Shown here: in pieces, positions 9,689 to 20,103 of the stretch
Numbering within the stretch: the first letter of the stretch is position 1
How the letters are laid out: each line of letters starts with the position of its first letter
Origin: Candidatus Omnitrophota bacterium
Lineage (GTDB): Bacteria > Omnitrophota > Gorgyraeia > B26-G9
Direction of reading: 5' to 3'
Length of the DNA stretch: 64,000 nucleotides
Assembly (NCBI GenBank): GCA_018817165.1
Contig: JAHITY010000015.1
Location: 36,354 to 100,353, forward strand
The notes under the pieces: generated by a model
Told to the model about the DNA's origin: nothing
The model's input: only the letters and a program-made list of their open reading frames with translations
Databases searched by the model: none
Program-made: the position numbers and the translations under genes

Positions 9689-9717
9689 AATATAGCAGAA
9701 TTGAATGAGGAAGTCAA
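9689..9717 (-). promoter_or_regulatory. sigma70 promoter of tRNA-Val
   Basis: TTGACT-17-TATATT with extended -10; homologous to 9401-9429. Confidence 0.75.
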
Positions 9718-9819
9718 GAAATTGAAAAAAACAGCGTATAGCGTTTAGCGGATAGCGATTAGAAAAAGCAGTCAATGTTTGTCTTTTAACTAATGGCTAA
9801 TAGTCGATAACCAATTGTC

Positions 9820-9945
9820 TGGCAAAAATTCTCTTTGAGCGGCGCTTTCGAACGTAATTTTGACAGGGATGTCAAAATAGTGAGAACGCGCGGCTGAGCC
9901 TGCACGATGCAGGCTCAGCCTTAGCGAAAAGATGTGTTTTTGCCA
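9820..9945. repeat. Three-way-junction palindromic element (MITE-like or ncRNA)
   Basis: TGGCAAAAA/TTTTTGCCA closing stem; inner hairpins ATTTTGACA-GGGA-TGTCAAAAT and GGCTGAGCCTGCA-CGA-TGCAGGCTCAGCC. Confidence 0.65.
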
Positions 9946-10048
9946 AGTCAAGCTACCAATAACTCATCATTAATCACTACTAACTTATAATCTTGTATCC
10001 TGTAACTGGAGTAAAATTTGCCTATCATCGTTCTCCACGTTACTTGGC

Positions 10049-10086
10049 AAAAAAAAACAGCGGAGCTTTTTAAGCTCCGCTGTTTT
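10049..10086 (-). terminator. Rho-independent terminator of rpoD
   Basis: AAAACAGCGGAGCTT-TTT-AAGCTCCGCTGTTTT stem with a U-tract on the minus strand, ~20 nt after the rpoD stop. Confidence 0.85.
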
Positions 10087-10107
10087 GCGATCGTTAAATT
10101 CTGATTT

Positions 10108-12045
10108 TTAGAGGAAATCCATATGATCACTCATCGTTATTTCCAAAAAATCTCTTAGTTTTTTACTGCGTGTAGGATGCCTTAATTTCCTTAAAGCTTT
10201 AGCTTCAATCTGCCGCACTCTTTCCCGAGTAACATTAAATATTTTTCCCACTTCTTCTAATGTCCGAGGATAACCATCTTTAATCCCAAACCGCAATACC
10301 AGCACTTTTTTTTCTCGCTCAGAAAGTGTTTCCATTACCTGTTCCATCTGTTCCTTAAGCATAGAATGCGCTGTTGCGGTTGCCGGACTAACCACTCTTT
10401 TATCTTCAATAAAATCACCAAAATGAGTATCGCCTTCTTCCCCGATAGGAGTCTGTAAAGAAATCGGTTCCTGCGCGATTTTTATAATCCCTCTAATTTT
10501 GTCCACAGAAATCTGCATCATTTTGCTTAGTTCTTCCGGAGTAGGCTCTCTGCCGTTTTCTTGAACAAGAAAGCGTGATGCTCTGATCAATTTATTAATT
10601 GTTTCCGTCATATGAACCGGAATCCTGATTGTTCTTGACTGATCAGCAATAGATCGGGTGATTGCCTGTCTGATCCACCAAGTCGCGTAAGTACTGAATT
10701 TATAACCGCGTTTATATTCAAATTTATCCACTGCCTTCATTAAACCGATATTGCCTTCCTGAATTAAATCAAGAAAAGATAATCCCCGGTTAGTATATTT
10801 TTTAGCAATGCTTACAACCAACCGCAAATTAGCCTCAACCAATGCCCTTTTCGAACAGGTAAATTCATACTGGCAGCGTTTTATATCACGTAAAGCTTTT
10901 CTAATATCTCCAATGTTTCCACCAAACTCACGGAATAATTTTGCTTTTTTAGCTTGCAGCTTTTGGATTTGCCCACGAACTTTTTTCTGTCTTTGTTTTG
11001 AAATTTCTCTTTCAAGCACAGATATGCTTTCCGCGCTAGTTTTTACTTGTTCGGCAATATCCTCAACCACTGCTGTAGTAAGATTAAACTCTAGCAAAAG
11101 ATCCAATGTAGCCTCGGGCTTACGCACAGAACGCAAACTAGCTGTAAGTTTTTCAATTCGCTTCATCAGCTTAGCATGACTTAACTTAAACTCATCACGA
11201 ATAACATCTTCGATATTAACTTCTTTGCTAATGATTTGATTTGCCACTTTCAACACATAATAACGCGAAGACGGACAATTTAGCACAGCTTTTCGCAAAG
11301 TCATCTCTGCAGTCTCAATCTCTATGGCCAATGCCAGTTCTTCTTCCCTCGTAAGTAATGATATCTGGCCCATTTGCCGCAAATACATCCGCACCGGGTC
11401 TTCGATATAAGTAGGCATACTTTCACTTGCCGCGGCTGCTTTGGGATCATCTGATTCTTCTTCAACATCTTGTTTATCTTTTACTACATCGTCTTCAGAA
11501 TCAACAACATCGATATTTTCACTATCTAAAACGATTAATATTTCTTCGATCTCTTCCGAAGTAACCACATCATCGGGTAAAGCATTATTTAACTCTTCAA
11601 AAGTCAAATAGCCTTTTTTCTTTCCCTGAGCGATTAATTTCCCCAAAGTTTTTGTCTTTTTTGCCAACTGCTTAAGAGTTTTAGCTGACTCTGCTTTTTT
11701 CTTTGCCATTGTTTCATCAGCAAGCTGCAGAGCGTCTTCTTGAGCAATTTTCTTTAGTGATTTTTTCTTCACTGGTTTATTCTTATCTTTCTCTTCCATA
11801 TTTTTTCCAATTCTGCCAGATACTTTCTTGATTGTTTTTTCAATATTTTTTTCGCTTTTCCCCTTAGTCAATTTTTTATTTTTTCCTTTTACCAAAGATT
11901 TTAAAATATCCGGTTTTACGGCTTTTTTAACATTTTTCTTAAGGCTTGCTTTATTTTTCATCGTTTTATTTCCTACATTTATCTGAGGAGCATTTTTTTT
12001 CACAGTTTTTTTAGTTTTCTTTTTTAGAGACTGTTTCATATGCAT
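10108..12045 (-). CDS. rpoD: RNA polymerase primary sigma factor
   Basis: [46 protein letters not shown]...[17 protein letters not shown]; region 1.1 present; Lys-rich N-terminal extension. Confidence 0.98.
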   Translation of the reverse strand: MHMKQSLKKKTKKTVKKNAPQINVGNKTMKNKASLKKNVKKAVKPDILKSLVKGKNKKLTKGKSEKNIEKTIKKVSGRIGKNMEEKDKNKPVKKKSLKKIAQEDALQLADETMAKKKAESAKTLKQLAKKTKTLGKLIAQGKKKGYLTFEELNNALPDDVVTSEEIEEILIVLDSENIDVVDSEDDVVKDKQDVEEESDDPKAAAASESMPTYIEDPVRMYLRQMGQISLLTREEELALAIEIETAEMTLRKAVLNCPSSRYYVLKVANQIISKEVNIEDVIRDEFKLSHAKLMKRIEKLTASLRSVRKPEATLDLLLEFNLTTAVVEDIAEQVKTSAESISVLEREISKQRQKKVRGQIQKLQAKKAKLFREFGGNIGDIRKALRDIKRCQYEFTCSKRALVEANLRLVVSIAKKYTNRGLSFLDLIQEGNIGLMKAVDKFEYKRGYKFSTYATWWIRQAITRSIADQSRTIRIPVHMTETINKLIRASRFLVQENGREPTPEELSKMMQISVDKIRGIIKIAQEPISLQTPIGEEGDTHFGDFIEDKRVVSPATATAHSMLKEQMEQVMETLSEREKKVLVLRFGIKDGYPRTLEEVGKIFNVTRERVRQIEAKALRKLRHPTRSKKLRDFLEITMSDHMDFL

Positions 12046-13825
12046 TTTGCTCCTTTTTTAATTCATTATATTGTTTCAATAAACCCATCAGCTCTTGTGA
12101 CTCAGACTGCTTTATTTTATTAATCTGTTGATGTAAAGCATCGAGCTGCAACTGTATTTTATCTTTCTTTATTTTCCGCACACAATCTTCAAAGCTTTTT
12201 TTCTTATTATCTATACCCATATCGGAAACAAGCAGATTACAGATAAAAGAATTTATTTGATTATCCCCGATCTGCTTAAATAATTCTATTGGATTACATA
12301 CTGCTAAATCCTGTTCATAAAGATGCTTAACAATTTTCTTGGCTATCGGATCACTGAATTCATCATAATCAACAATTTGTTTCAAATCCTTAATAAACCC
12401 ACCGTCTTCGAACATTAATGACATAAGCATTTTCTCTGCGATTTTACTCATTTTGTAAATTTTTTGAGTATTAACCTTGCTTATATCATTTCCTCCTGTG
12501 GGAAACGATTTTATTTTCTTAAGTTCAGAAAATAATAATTCCTCTTTTACCATTAAACTCTCTGACAATTTTTTTATATAAGTACTGCGCAAAATAGCAT
12601 CTTTAATCTTATTTATTGTCTCTAGCATACTTGCGGCAATTTTCGCTTTTTCTTCAGGCACAGATTTATTCAGCTTTAAGCAAAGCAAATTCATTTTATA
12701 GTCAAATAAACTGTTCGCATTATCCACTAAATTCTGAAATTCGACACCTCCATATTTACGCACATAAGAATCAGGATCAAACCCTGCCTCAAGCCTAGCT
12801 ATTTTAACGTTTAAACCCTCTTCAATTAATAAATCAAGGCTTCTTAATGTTGCTTCCTGCCCCGCAGTGTCAGAGTCAAATACTATCACCAGATTATGTG
12901 TATACCGCTTTAATAAACGAGCATGCTCACTAGTAAACGCTGTCCCGCAAGAAGCTACAATATTTTTTATACCCGCTTCAAACGGGATAATAACATCCAA
13001 ATACCCTTCGACAACTATGCAATAATCTTTATCAACAATAAATTTTTTGCTTTGATTAAAACCATAAAGATTTTTACTTTTTTTATAAACTTCTGTCTCT
13101 GGTGAATTTATATATTTTGGCTGATTAGATGAATTTGCTCCTGATTCATCGCTCCAGATCCTACCCCCAAAACCAATTTTTTTCCCTTGACTATTACAAA
13201 TCGGAAACATTATTCTATTTCTAAAACAATCAAATACTTTACCATTGGAGTTTTTAACAACCAACCCTGATTTTAATATCAGATCCTGGCTTATCGCATT
13301 CTTACGTAAAAAATTAAGTAATCCATCCCATTTATCCACAGCTAAACCAAGATTAAAATTCTCAATAGCGGATTTATTCAAACCCCGTTTCTGCAGATAA
13401 TTGATTGCTAAATCTGCTTGACGGTCGTCTTGGTTTAAAAGGTTCTGCTTAAAATACTTTTCCGCTAATTCATTAACTACATACAAAGAACTGGTAAAAG
13501 ATCCTGCTTGCGAATAACTCGGATTTACTTCATTTTTTACTTCCACCCCGACCTTATCACCCAAGAATCGAACAGCTTCCGGAAAATCCATTCGTTCCTG
13601 CTTCATAATAAAACTAAACACATCTCCGCCCTCACCACATCCAAAGCAATGGAATATTTGCTTATCCGGACTAACCACAAAAGAAGCAGTCTTCTCATGA
13701 TGAAAAGGACAGTTAGCTTTAAAATTCCTTCCTGCCTTTTTAAGCGGAATATACCCAGAAACTATTTCGGTAATATCACAACGATTCTGGATTTCCTCTA
13801 GAATACTATCGGAAATTTTACTCAT
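12011..13825 (-). CDS. dnaG: DNA primase
   Basis: CPFHHEKT...CFGC zinc-binding domain, [23 protein letters not shown]; start at MSKISD (13825). Confidence 0.98.
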   Translation of the reverse strand: MSKISDSILEEIQNRCDITEIVSGYIPLKKAGRNFKANCPFHHEKTASFVVSPDKQIFHCFGCGEGGDVFSFIMKQERMDFPEAVRFLGDKVGVEVKNEVNPSYSQAGSFTSSLYVVNELAEKYFKQNLLNQDDRQADLAINYLQKRGLNKSAIENFNLGLAVDKWDGLLNFLRKNAISQDLILKSGLVVKNSNGKVFDCFRNRIMFPICNSQGKKIGFGGRIWSDESGANSSNQPKYINSPETEVYKKSKNLYGFNQSKKFIVDKDYCIVVEGYLDVIIPFEAGIKNIVASCGTAFTSEHARLLKRYTHNLVIVFDSDTAGQEATLRSLDLLIEEGLNVKIARLEAGFDPDSYVRKYGGVEFQNLVDNANSLFDYKMNLLCLKLNKSVPEEKAKIAASMLETINKIKDAILRSTYIKKLSESLMVKEELLFSELKKIKSFPTGGNDISKVNTQKIYKMSKIAEKMLMSLMFEDGGFIKDLKQIVDYDEFSDPIAKKIVKHLYEQDLAVCNPIELFKQIGDNQINSFICNLLVSDMGIDNKKKSFEDCVRKIKKDKIQLQLDALHQQINKIKQSESQELMGLLKQYNELKKEQNAYETVSKKEN

Positions 13826-14778
13826 TTCCTTTTTACTCTCACAAATCCGGAACAACAGATAACATCTAATTTCTGCACTGTCTCTATTGCGTCCAAGATT
13901 AAATTTAACCCTAAATTATCCGAAGAAATATGTCCGGCAATAATAACATTTATATGCTCCTGCTTGGCTTTTTTTAAATGGTCCTCGCTTAAATGCATTC
14001 CGACAATAGTTCCAACCCCAGCCTGCGCCAAGTTCTTATAAATATCTTTTGATCCTTCCGTACCTCCGGTCATATCAACAAAGATTTTACCTGTCCGAGA
14101 CACCTCAGATCCATTAACTATTCTCGGTCCAGAATTATTTCTTAGAGCATGCAGATATTCCGGAATAGTTTGCAATATATCAATTATTTCTCCCAAGGTT
14201 TTTGGGTCTTTCTTTTTAAACAACTTTTCTAAAAAAGTTACCACATGATTATCCGCCGGAGTATGCACACACATTAAAGGCAGATTTAATAATCGGGCTG
14301 CATCCTGTGTTTTTGTGTGATTTACCGGCAATAAACGCCTTTCAACCTCTGAAATCCTGCTGTTTATTAAATCCTCCGCAATCGTTATTGGCACGCCATG
14401 TAAATGAACAATATCAGTCTGCATGTACATTACTTGATGTAAAGCGGCAAGTGCCCTTCCCTCAGGGTGATGCGCTACAATTAAATCTATTTTTTTTCCT
14501 TTTTCAATTAATCTCTCGCACAGCAAAACTTCTCCAACATCTATGTCAATACCCATAAGAATGCTTTTAATATTTTCATCTCCAGATCCGTGGAGAATCC
14601 TAGTATCGCTAAAAGGATTCTTCAGTCTTTCCAGATCAAATCCTTGCTTTTGCTTTTCTGATAAAGTCGCGTAATTCGCTTTCAGTTCTTTTAACTCTTT
14701 ATTAACTAAAATACTTCCCCGCGGATCTTCTTGTATTCCCTTTTCAATAACAAATTCATATAACTTTTTTAGTTTCAT
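13822..14778 (-). CDS. NIF3 (NGG1p-interacting factor 3 / YbgI-like) family protein
   Basis: AHHPEG, HTPAD and AGHISSD metal-binding motifs. Confidence 0.85.
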   Translation of the reverse strand: MKLKKLYEFVIEKGIQEDPRGSILVNKELKELKANYATLSEKQKQGFDLERLKNPFSDTRILHGSGDENIKSILMGIDIDVGEVLLCERLIEKGKKIDLIVAHHPEGRALAALHQVMYMQTDIVHLHGVPITIAEDLINSRISEVERRLLPVNHTKTQDAARLLNLPLMCVHTPADNHVVTFLEKLFKKKDPKTLGEIIDILQTIPEYLHALRNNSGPRIVNGSEVSRTGKIFVDMTGGTEGSKDIYKNLAQAGVGTIVGMHLSEDHLKKAKQEHINVIIAGHISSDNLGLNLILDAIETVQKLDVICCSGFVRVKRK

Positions 14779-15056
14779 TTTTCCTCACTTAAAAAACATA
14801 ACTACTTTTAAAAAATCTTCCAAATTTTTTACATTAAAAAAGAGAGATTAAATCCCTCTGTATTTAAATAATTTTACTAATTAAGATATATAATTTTCTT
14901 AGGCTATAATTTAGTAATTATTATTGTCCGGATAAAAAATAAACTTTCAGCGTATTACTCAAAAAACATAAATGGTTGAATATCAAGTATTTACACAAAA
15001 AGCTATTATGATTATATGAATTTATTACTCAATTATTATTATTTTAACTTAATCAA

Positions 15057-15085
15057 AGTATATCATATGAAGGGGCATCTGTCAA
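15057..15085 (-). promoter_or_regulatory. Near-consensus sigma70 promoter upstream of nif3-dnaG-rpoD
   Basis: TTGACA-17-TATACT with extended -10 TG. Confidence 0.7.
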
Positions 15086-15196
15086 GGTAGGCACAAAACA
15101 ATTTCATATTTACAACTCTTTGAAATTAAAAGCTTTACAGTAAAGATTGATCTGAAAAAGCTTTATCAACGCCATTTTCTAACGAATAAAACTTTT

Positions 15197-15245
15197 AAAA
15201 AGTCCCAATACAAAATCAAACCCTGATTAGTATTGGGACTTAAAA
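15197..15245 (-). terminator. Hairpin terminator after the zf-TFIIB gene
   Basis: AGTCCCAATAC...GTATTGGGACT stem, U-run on the minus strand. Confidence 0.6.
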
Positions 15246-15258
15246 CTAAATATTTGAT

Positions 15259-15759
15259 TTATTTTCCAGTAGTATAATAACTTACTCTAATAAATTTAGT
15301 TAAATTACGAATAGCCGCGGTTCGCTCTTTTTCCTTTTCAAGATTTTCTTTCGCATCAGCCAGACCAGGGATATTTTTCAATAAACTATTCGCATATGCC
15401 TCTCTTTCCGCTTCAGACATAAAAGATTCGCGAATCGCCTTCAACTCACCGGAGTCAAGGAAAAATCCTCCACACTGGTAACACTCATCAACATTTATCG
15501 CTTTGGCTGATTCATAAGCATGAACATGCATCGGAAGTTTACATTTTGGGCAATTGATCTGACCTCTATCCTGGTCATTTGTCCGATCATAAGCCAAAGC
15601 CTGCTGCAAAGCATTTCCCAAACCTTCATTCTGCTCATCAAGCTTAGTAAGTTCAAACCAATCAAACCATAAACCTTTACACCCATTTTTACAAACATCA
15701 ACACTCAAACCGCCAAAATCCTCTTCAATCATATCAGTACTACAAACAGGACAAATCAT
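15259..15759 (-). CDS. Double zf-TFIIB zinc-ribbon protein
   Basis: CPVC...DVCKNGCKGLWFDWFEL and CPKC...DECYQCGGFFLDSGEL. Confidence 0.85.
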   Translation of the reverse strand: MICPVCSTDMIEEDFGGLSVDVCKNGCKGLWFDWFELTKLDEQNEGLGNALQQALAYDRTNDQDRGQINCPKCKLPMHVHAYESAKAINVDECYQCGGFFLDSGELKAIRESFMSEAEREAYANSLLKNIPGLADAKENLEKEKERTAAIRNLTKFIRVSYYTTGK

Positions 15760-15883
15760 TTCAAAACTCCTTTCAGATAGTTTTGTAAATAATTAAATCA
15801 AAACTACTTTTAGAATAAAATTTTAACATTTTTTAAAGCTCTTGCCAAGAAATATATTTATTATCGCACTGTTTTAATCTTAT

Positions 15884-16744
15884 TTACTGGATACCATCTA
15901 TTATTGCAGTAATTATATCCGGCTTGTTTAAGGTGAAAAAATGTATCTGCTTTGCTCCATTTTTTATTAAATCCAAACATTGCTTGATTGTGTAATCAAT
16001 TCCGATTTTTTCCATTTCCGCTGGATTATGGCGGAATTCCTCCATTTTCATTGTAATATCTAGGGGAATTGTCGTCCTGCATATTGCCGCAAATTGCTTA
16101 ACCTTTTCAACATCAGTCAAAGGTAATATCCCTGGTAAAACAGGCAGCGAAATCGCATTTTTCTTCATTCGCTCAAGCAAAGAAAAATAATAACTATTAT
16201 CAAAAAACATCTGCGTCACAGCAAAATCAGCTCCGGCATCTACTTTTTTCTTGGTAAACTCCATATCTTTTTCCAAAGAACTTGATTCAATATGTCCTTC
16301 GGGATAAACCGCGACTCCCACAGAAAAATGGTTGTATTGTTTTAAAGTTCTAACCAGATCACTGGCATAGGAATAATCTTTTGCGATAAAATTAAAATCG
16401 CTTTGCCCCGCAGGAGGATCCCCCCTCAATGCCATAATATTCTCAATCCCCTGAGCTTTATAACCATCAAGTATTTTCTTGATATCTTTTTCGCAAGATC
16501 CGATACAAGTTAAATGGGGCATAACTTCCAGATCTTTGTAATCAAGTAACATTGAAACCGCATCTTTTGTCTGTTCCTGAGAACCTCCGCCGGCACCATA
16601 AGTCATGGAAACATATAAAGGGTTATATTTATTGAGTAAATCAACAGTATTACTTAGAGCTAATCGGCCTTTTTGAGTTTTAGGAGGGTAAAACTCAAAA
16701 GAAACCCCTTTTTCTCGTCGTTTAAGTATTTCATTAATCTTCAT
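15884..16744 (-). CDS. metF: 5,10-methylenetetrahydrofolate reductase
   Basis: SFEFYPPK, TYGAGG, HLTC, ALRGDPP, YPEGH, TQMFFD, HFFTLN. Confidence 0.96.
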   Translation of the reverse strand: MKINEILKRREKGVSFEFYPPKTQKGRLALSNTVDLLNKYNPLYVSMTYGAGGGSQEQTKDAVSMLLDYKDLEVMPHLTCIGSCEKDIKKILDGYKAQGIENIMALRGDPPAGQSDFNFIAKDYSYASDLVRTLKQYNHFSVGVAVYPEGHIESSSLEKDMEFTKKKVDAGADFAVTQMFFDNSYYFSLLERMKKNAISLPVLPGILPLTDVEKVKQFAAICRTTIPLDITMKMEEFRHNPAEMEKIGIDYTIKQCLDLIKNGAKQIHFFTLNKPDIITAIIDGIQ

Positions 16745-16828
16745 TTTAAATCACTTTTTTTGTTATTGATTAAATTTTTATAATTATACCACACATCTTC
16801 AAACAATCAAATCTGCTAGATAAAAGCT

Positions 16829-17014
16829 TCAAAACAAAATCAGGAAAATAAAACTTATCAACACAAGCAATCCAATAAAAACAATAATTTTTTTTGACTG
16901 CATAAAACTCATTACTCCAATGGCTCTGTCTAAACTTTCCCCGCAATACAAACAACTCAATGCATCAGAGTCATATATCGTCTGTTGACAATGCGGACAT
17001 TTTATTCCATCCAT
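16829..17014 (-). CDS. Small zinc-ribbon membrane protein
   Basis: CPHC...CLYC followed by a C-terminal TM helix; SD-like AAGG upstream. Confidence 0.7.
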   Translation of the reverse strand: MDGIKCPHCQQTIYDSDALSCLYCGESLDRAIGVMSFMQSKKIIVFIGLLVLISFIFLILF

Positions 17015-17066
17015 AAACCTTATTTCCTAATTTTATTATTTTAATAAAATGTGAGTCATTAATATC

Positions 17067-17573
17067 CTACGAATGAGGAAAAATCACTTTAATAATTTTT
17101 TGACTGTTTTGCTCAACATTAGAATTAGCTGAAAGATTTATTCTAATATCCGCGTATTTTTCATACAACGGCAGGCGCTGCGTATACAGCTCGCTAAAGT
17201 TATCACCCTTTAAACCGACAATTCCCCTGACAGCCATATCTAGAATACGGGCTTTGATATCTTCAAGTCCTGCGTCTAAAAATATTACCCGCGAATTACT
17301 TTTTAAAAAAAGCATTGCTTCTGCTGAGTAAACAACACTCCCTCCCGGACAAAGCACATGCTTATCAAAATTGCCCAGATTAACAATTATTTCTTTTTCT
17401 AAGTCCAGCAAAGCGTCTGCCCCATAAGAATCAATGATTTGCTGTAAAGACGATTTAGAGTTTTTTTCAATTATTCTATCAGAATCAAAAAAAGTAAAAT
17501 TTAAGATTTTTGCCAAATGCTTACCAATACTGCTTTTGCCTACTCCCGGCATACCGATTAAAGTTATATTCAT
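17067..17573 (-). CDS. aroK: Shikimate kinase
   Basis: GMPGVGKS P-loop, DSD, GGSVV, RLPLYEKYAD; start at MNITLIG (17573). Confidence 0.92.
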   Translation of the reverse strand: MNITLIGMPGVGKSSIGKHLAKILNFTFFDSDRIIEKNSKSSLQQIIDSYGADALLDLEKEIIVNLGNFDKHVLCPGGSVVYSAEAMLFLKSNSRVIFLDAGLEDIKARILDMAVRGIVGLKGDNFSELYTQRLPLYEKYADIRINLSANSNVEQNSQKIIKVIFPHS

Positions 17574-17589
17574 TTTTTCCTTAAAAATA

Positions 17590-17931
17590 TTAATCCCTAA
17601 ATCCGAATTCATCAATAAGATATTCAATAAGCTCTCGATCAGCAGTATTAATATCCTGAATCTTAAATCCATTAGCATAAAAATCAGGGTTAACATCTTT
17701 TTTAGACCAAAGACTGCTAGCCTTAAACATCAGCTCTTTTGTTCCTTCGAGTTGCTGCGGCATGATCATTTTAAGCACAAACTCCTTATCCGGCGCAATT
17801 GATGATTCACTAATAATCATAATCCCATCAGTAGATATATCTGCGATATGTCCGATAAGCCGATCATTAGCAGCATCATAAACTCTTAAATAATAGATCA
17901 AGTGTCTTCTTTTTATTTTTCTGATATACAT
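17590..17931 (-). CDS. Stand-alone PilZ domain protein
   Basis: RKIKR (RxxxR) and DISTDG (DxSxxG) c-di-GMP motifs. Confidence 0.88.
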   Translation of the reverse strand: MYIRKIKRRHLIYYLRVYDAANDRLIGHIADISTDGIMIISESSIAPDKEFVLKMIMPQQLEGTKELMFKASSLWSKKDVNPDFYANGFKIQDINTADRELIEYLIDEFGFRD

Positions 17932-17952
17932 AATGTCCCTTTTTAGAGTAAG

Positions 17953-18804
17953 TTATCGTTGATAAATAGTGTCATCAAGCTGCAATTTAGAAGCCAAATT
18001 TTGCACTGCCATTGTCAATATATGGTTCAATGCATGTTTTTTACCATAATCAGCTGGAACCAGATTTGACACTCTTTTTTCTTCAACAAAGCCCCAGGCT
18101 CTCGGCCATTTTCTCTTATCCTCAGGATTATACACCGCAATCGCTTTGCCTCCGGTCCGAGTAATTAATGAAAACAAAGGTATATCCGTATAACCATCTC
18201 CGACAATGATCATCTGATTAAACGGTATGTACAAATCCTCTGTTTTTACTTTTTTATTTACTTCAAAAGGATTTAACCTAGAATCAGGACCAAAAATACC
18301 TTTCGATATTTGAAATAAATATCTTGTTTTATCGGTAAAACTTACGATGTTTTTTGGAAAAACAATCTCCCCTTTAGAATTATATTCAAAATCACAAGCC
18401 CAAATATCTTTAAAATACTTAGTGACCTTTGTATTCATTAATATTTCTCTTATTCCGCTGCTGATCAGAAAAAAATCCACTTCCACGGTATTATTAACTT
18501 CTTTAGCACTTTGTTCTAACTGACGGAATATATTCTGCACTCCATTAAAAAACTTAACCTTTTTACCGAATTCTGAAAGTTTTTTTTGAGTAATCCTATT
18601 TTTTACTGACGATTTTGAGAACTCAATCATTTTATACAAATAAGCAGGGATAGGATCCCAGCCTTGCTTTTGATACAGAGGGTTAACTTCATTTTTCCAA
18701 AATTTTTGAACATCAAGCCCCAAGCTTTCTAAAAAACAACTAGTACTGTCAGAAGTAAGAGTTTCATCAAAATCAAAAATCACACCAATCCGATTTATAA
18801 TCAT
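17953..18804 (-). CDS. HAD-like hydrolase
   Basis: DFDETL motif I, ISSG motif II, GDGYTD motif IV. Confidence 0.85.
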   Translation of the reverse strand: MIINRIGVIFDFDETLTSDSTSCFLESLGLDVQKFWKNEVNPLYQKQGWDPIPAYLYKMIEFSKSSVKNRITQKKLSEFGKKVKFFNGVQNIFRQLEQSAKEVNNTVEVDFFLISSGIREILMNTKVTKYFKDIWACDFEYNSKGEIVFPKNIVSFTDKTRYLFQISKGIFGPDSRLNPFEVNKKVKTEDLYIPFNQMIIVGDGYTDIPLFSLITRTGGKAIAVYNPEDKRKWPRAWGFVEEKRVSNLVPADYGKKHALNHILTMAVQNLASKLQLDDTIYQR

Positions 18805-19025
18805 AAATTATGCCTTTATCGCTGTTTAGGATTTTCCTATTAGAAACAAATAATCAATTAAGTTGAAATATATTATATTCTTTATTATAAACTCAGCAGC
18901 TTTGTTTTGGCAAGTAAAATAAACCTACTACTTCCGAAATGTTTAAATTTTAAGAAAGAAATTGTCATTGATTACCATTTCTATTATAATATTTTATGTA
19001 TTTAACCGCTACGGAGGAAACATCA

Positions 19026-19916
19026 ATGCGCCTAATGTATGATCTACATGCTCTGGATAAAACATTATTAATTGAATCCGACCAGAAAATAAATAAAGCT
19101 GTTCTTAATAAGCTTGCCCAAACGAGCAAAAAAATCACTTCCTTAAAGATCGCGGATACTGTCATTTCCAATGATATCAAAAAAGCTTTTAAAGATCCAA
19201 GCTATGCTATTATATTTTCTCCAGAGAGTATAAATAGAAAAATTAGTCTCATAATGAAAAATTTAATAATGCCCAAACCAATAATTTCTGAGCTTAAAAT
19301 AATAAAAAAAACAATGCCTTATACCTATCGACATATTTTGGTAACCGCGATCCTGGCTACTAAAATATCTTTAGACAAACAGCTTAAAGGCAAATATGAT
19401 CCAATAAAAATTGCGCGGCTAGGACTTGTTCACGATATCGGCAAATCCAGAATACCTCCAGAAATTCTTCAAAAACCAACGCCTTTGACTAAAAGCGAAC
19501 ATGAAGTTTTAAAAACACACGCGCTTATTGGATATATTTTATTACACTACTATTGCGGAAAAAAACATGTATTATATGATTGCGCCTCTTATGAACATCA
19601 CGAAAGATTGGATGGTTCCGGATATCCACGCCATGCCAAGAAAATCAATAAATACTCTCAAGTAATTGCTGTTGTTGATGTATTTGATGCCCTAATTGCC
19701 ATCAGACCTTATCGTAAAACCGCTTTTTCATTAAGAGCCGCTCTTGACTTGCTCTTAGAAAATGTGGCGCAAAAAAAGCTAAACAAACAAATAGTTCATT
19801 TATTGATTTCTTTTGCTCGGATAACCAAACCTAATTTAAAGGAATTAAGGATTTCCCAGGTCAAAAGAGATAAACCCCCGACAAAGAATGTTTATGGGAA
19901 AATCGCTAAAGGATAG
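19026..19916 (+). CDS. HD-GYP domain phosphodiesterase
   Basis: HDIGK, HHERLDGSGYP, DVFDAL..RPYR; GGAGG SD 8 nt before the ATG at 19026 (ORF open from 18996). Confidence 0.88.
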   Translation: MRLMYDLHALDKTLLIESDQKINKAVLNKLAQTSKKITSLKIADTVISNDIKKAFKDPSYAIIFSPESINRKISLIMKNLIMPKPIISELKIIKKTMPYTYRHILVTAILATKISLDKQLKGKYDPIKIARLGLVHDIGKSRIPPEILQKPTPLTKSEHEVLKTHALIGYILLHYYCGKKHVLYDCASYEHHERLDGSGYPRHAKKINKYSQVIAVVDVFDALIAIRPYRKTAFSLRAALDLLLENVAQKKLNKQIVHLLISFARITKPNLKELRISQVKRDKPPTKNVYGKIAKG

Positions 19917-19970
19917 AATTAATTGACTTTGGGAGAGTTTTTGGGAATTAAATTGCTTTTCCTGCTTTTT

Positions 19971-20090
19971 ACTTTATAACTTTATAACTTTATGAACTTT
20001 ACAAGCTTTCTACTCATTTTTCTGTGTTTTCGGTTTTAGTCATTTGAGTTTATTTAGAATTTAGAAATTAGAAATTAGTAATTAATAATT
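19971..20090. repeat. Degenerate octamer (ACTTTATA) and heptamer (TTAGAAA) tandem tracts
   Basis: actttata actttata actttatg aactttac; ttagaat ttagaaa ttagaaa ttagtaa. Confidence 0.7.
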
Positions 20091-20103
20091 TGTTCTCTGT
20101 TTC

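Noticed and set aside
9948-10130. 60-aa ORF after rpoD
   Set aside because: Crosses the rpoD terminator and a heptamer tract; no SD or recognisable motif
16745-16828. SAM riboswitch upstream of metF
   Set aside because: Leader is short and AT-rich with a promoter close to the start; no S-box motifs
18962-18998. Leaderless start for the HD-GYP gene at 18996
   Set aside because: A GGAGG-led ATG at 19026 is the better start
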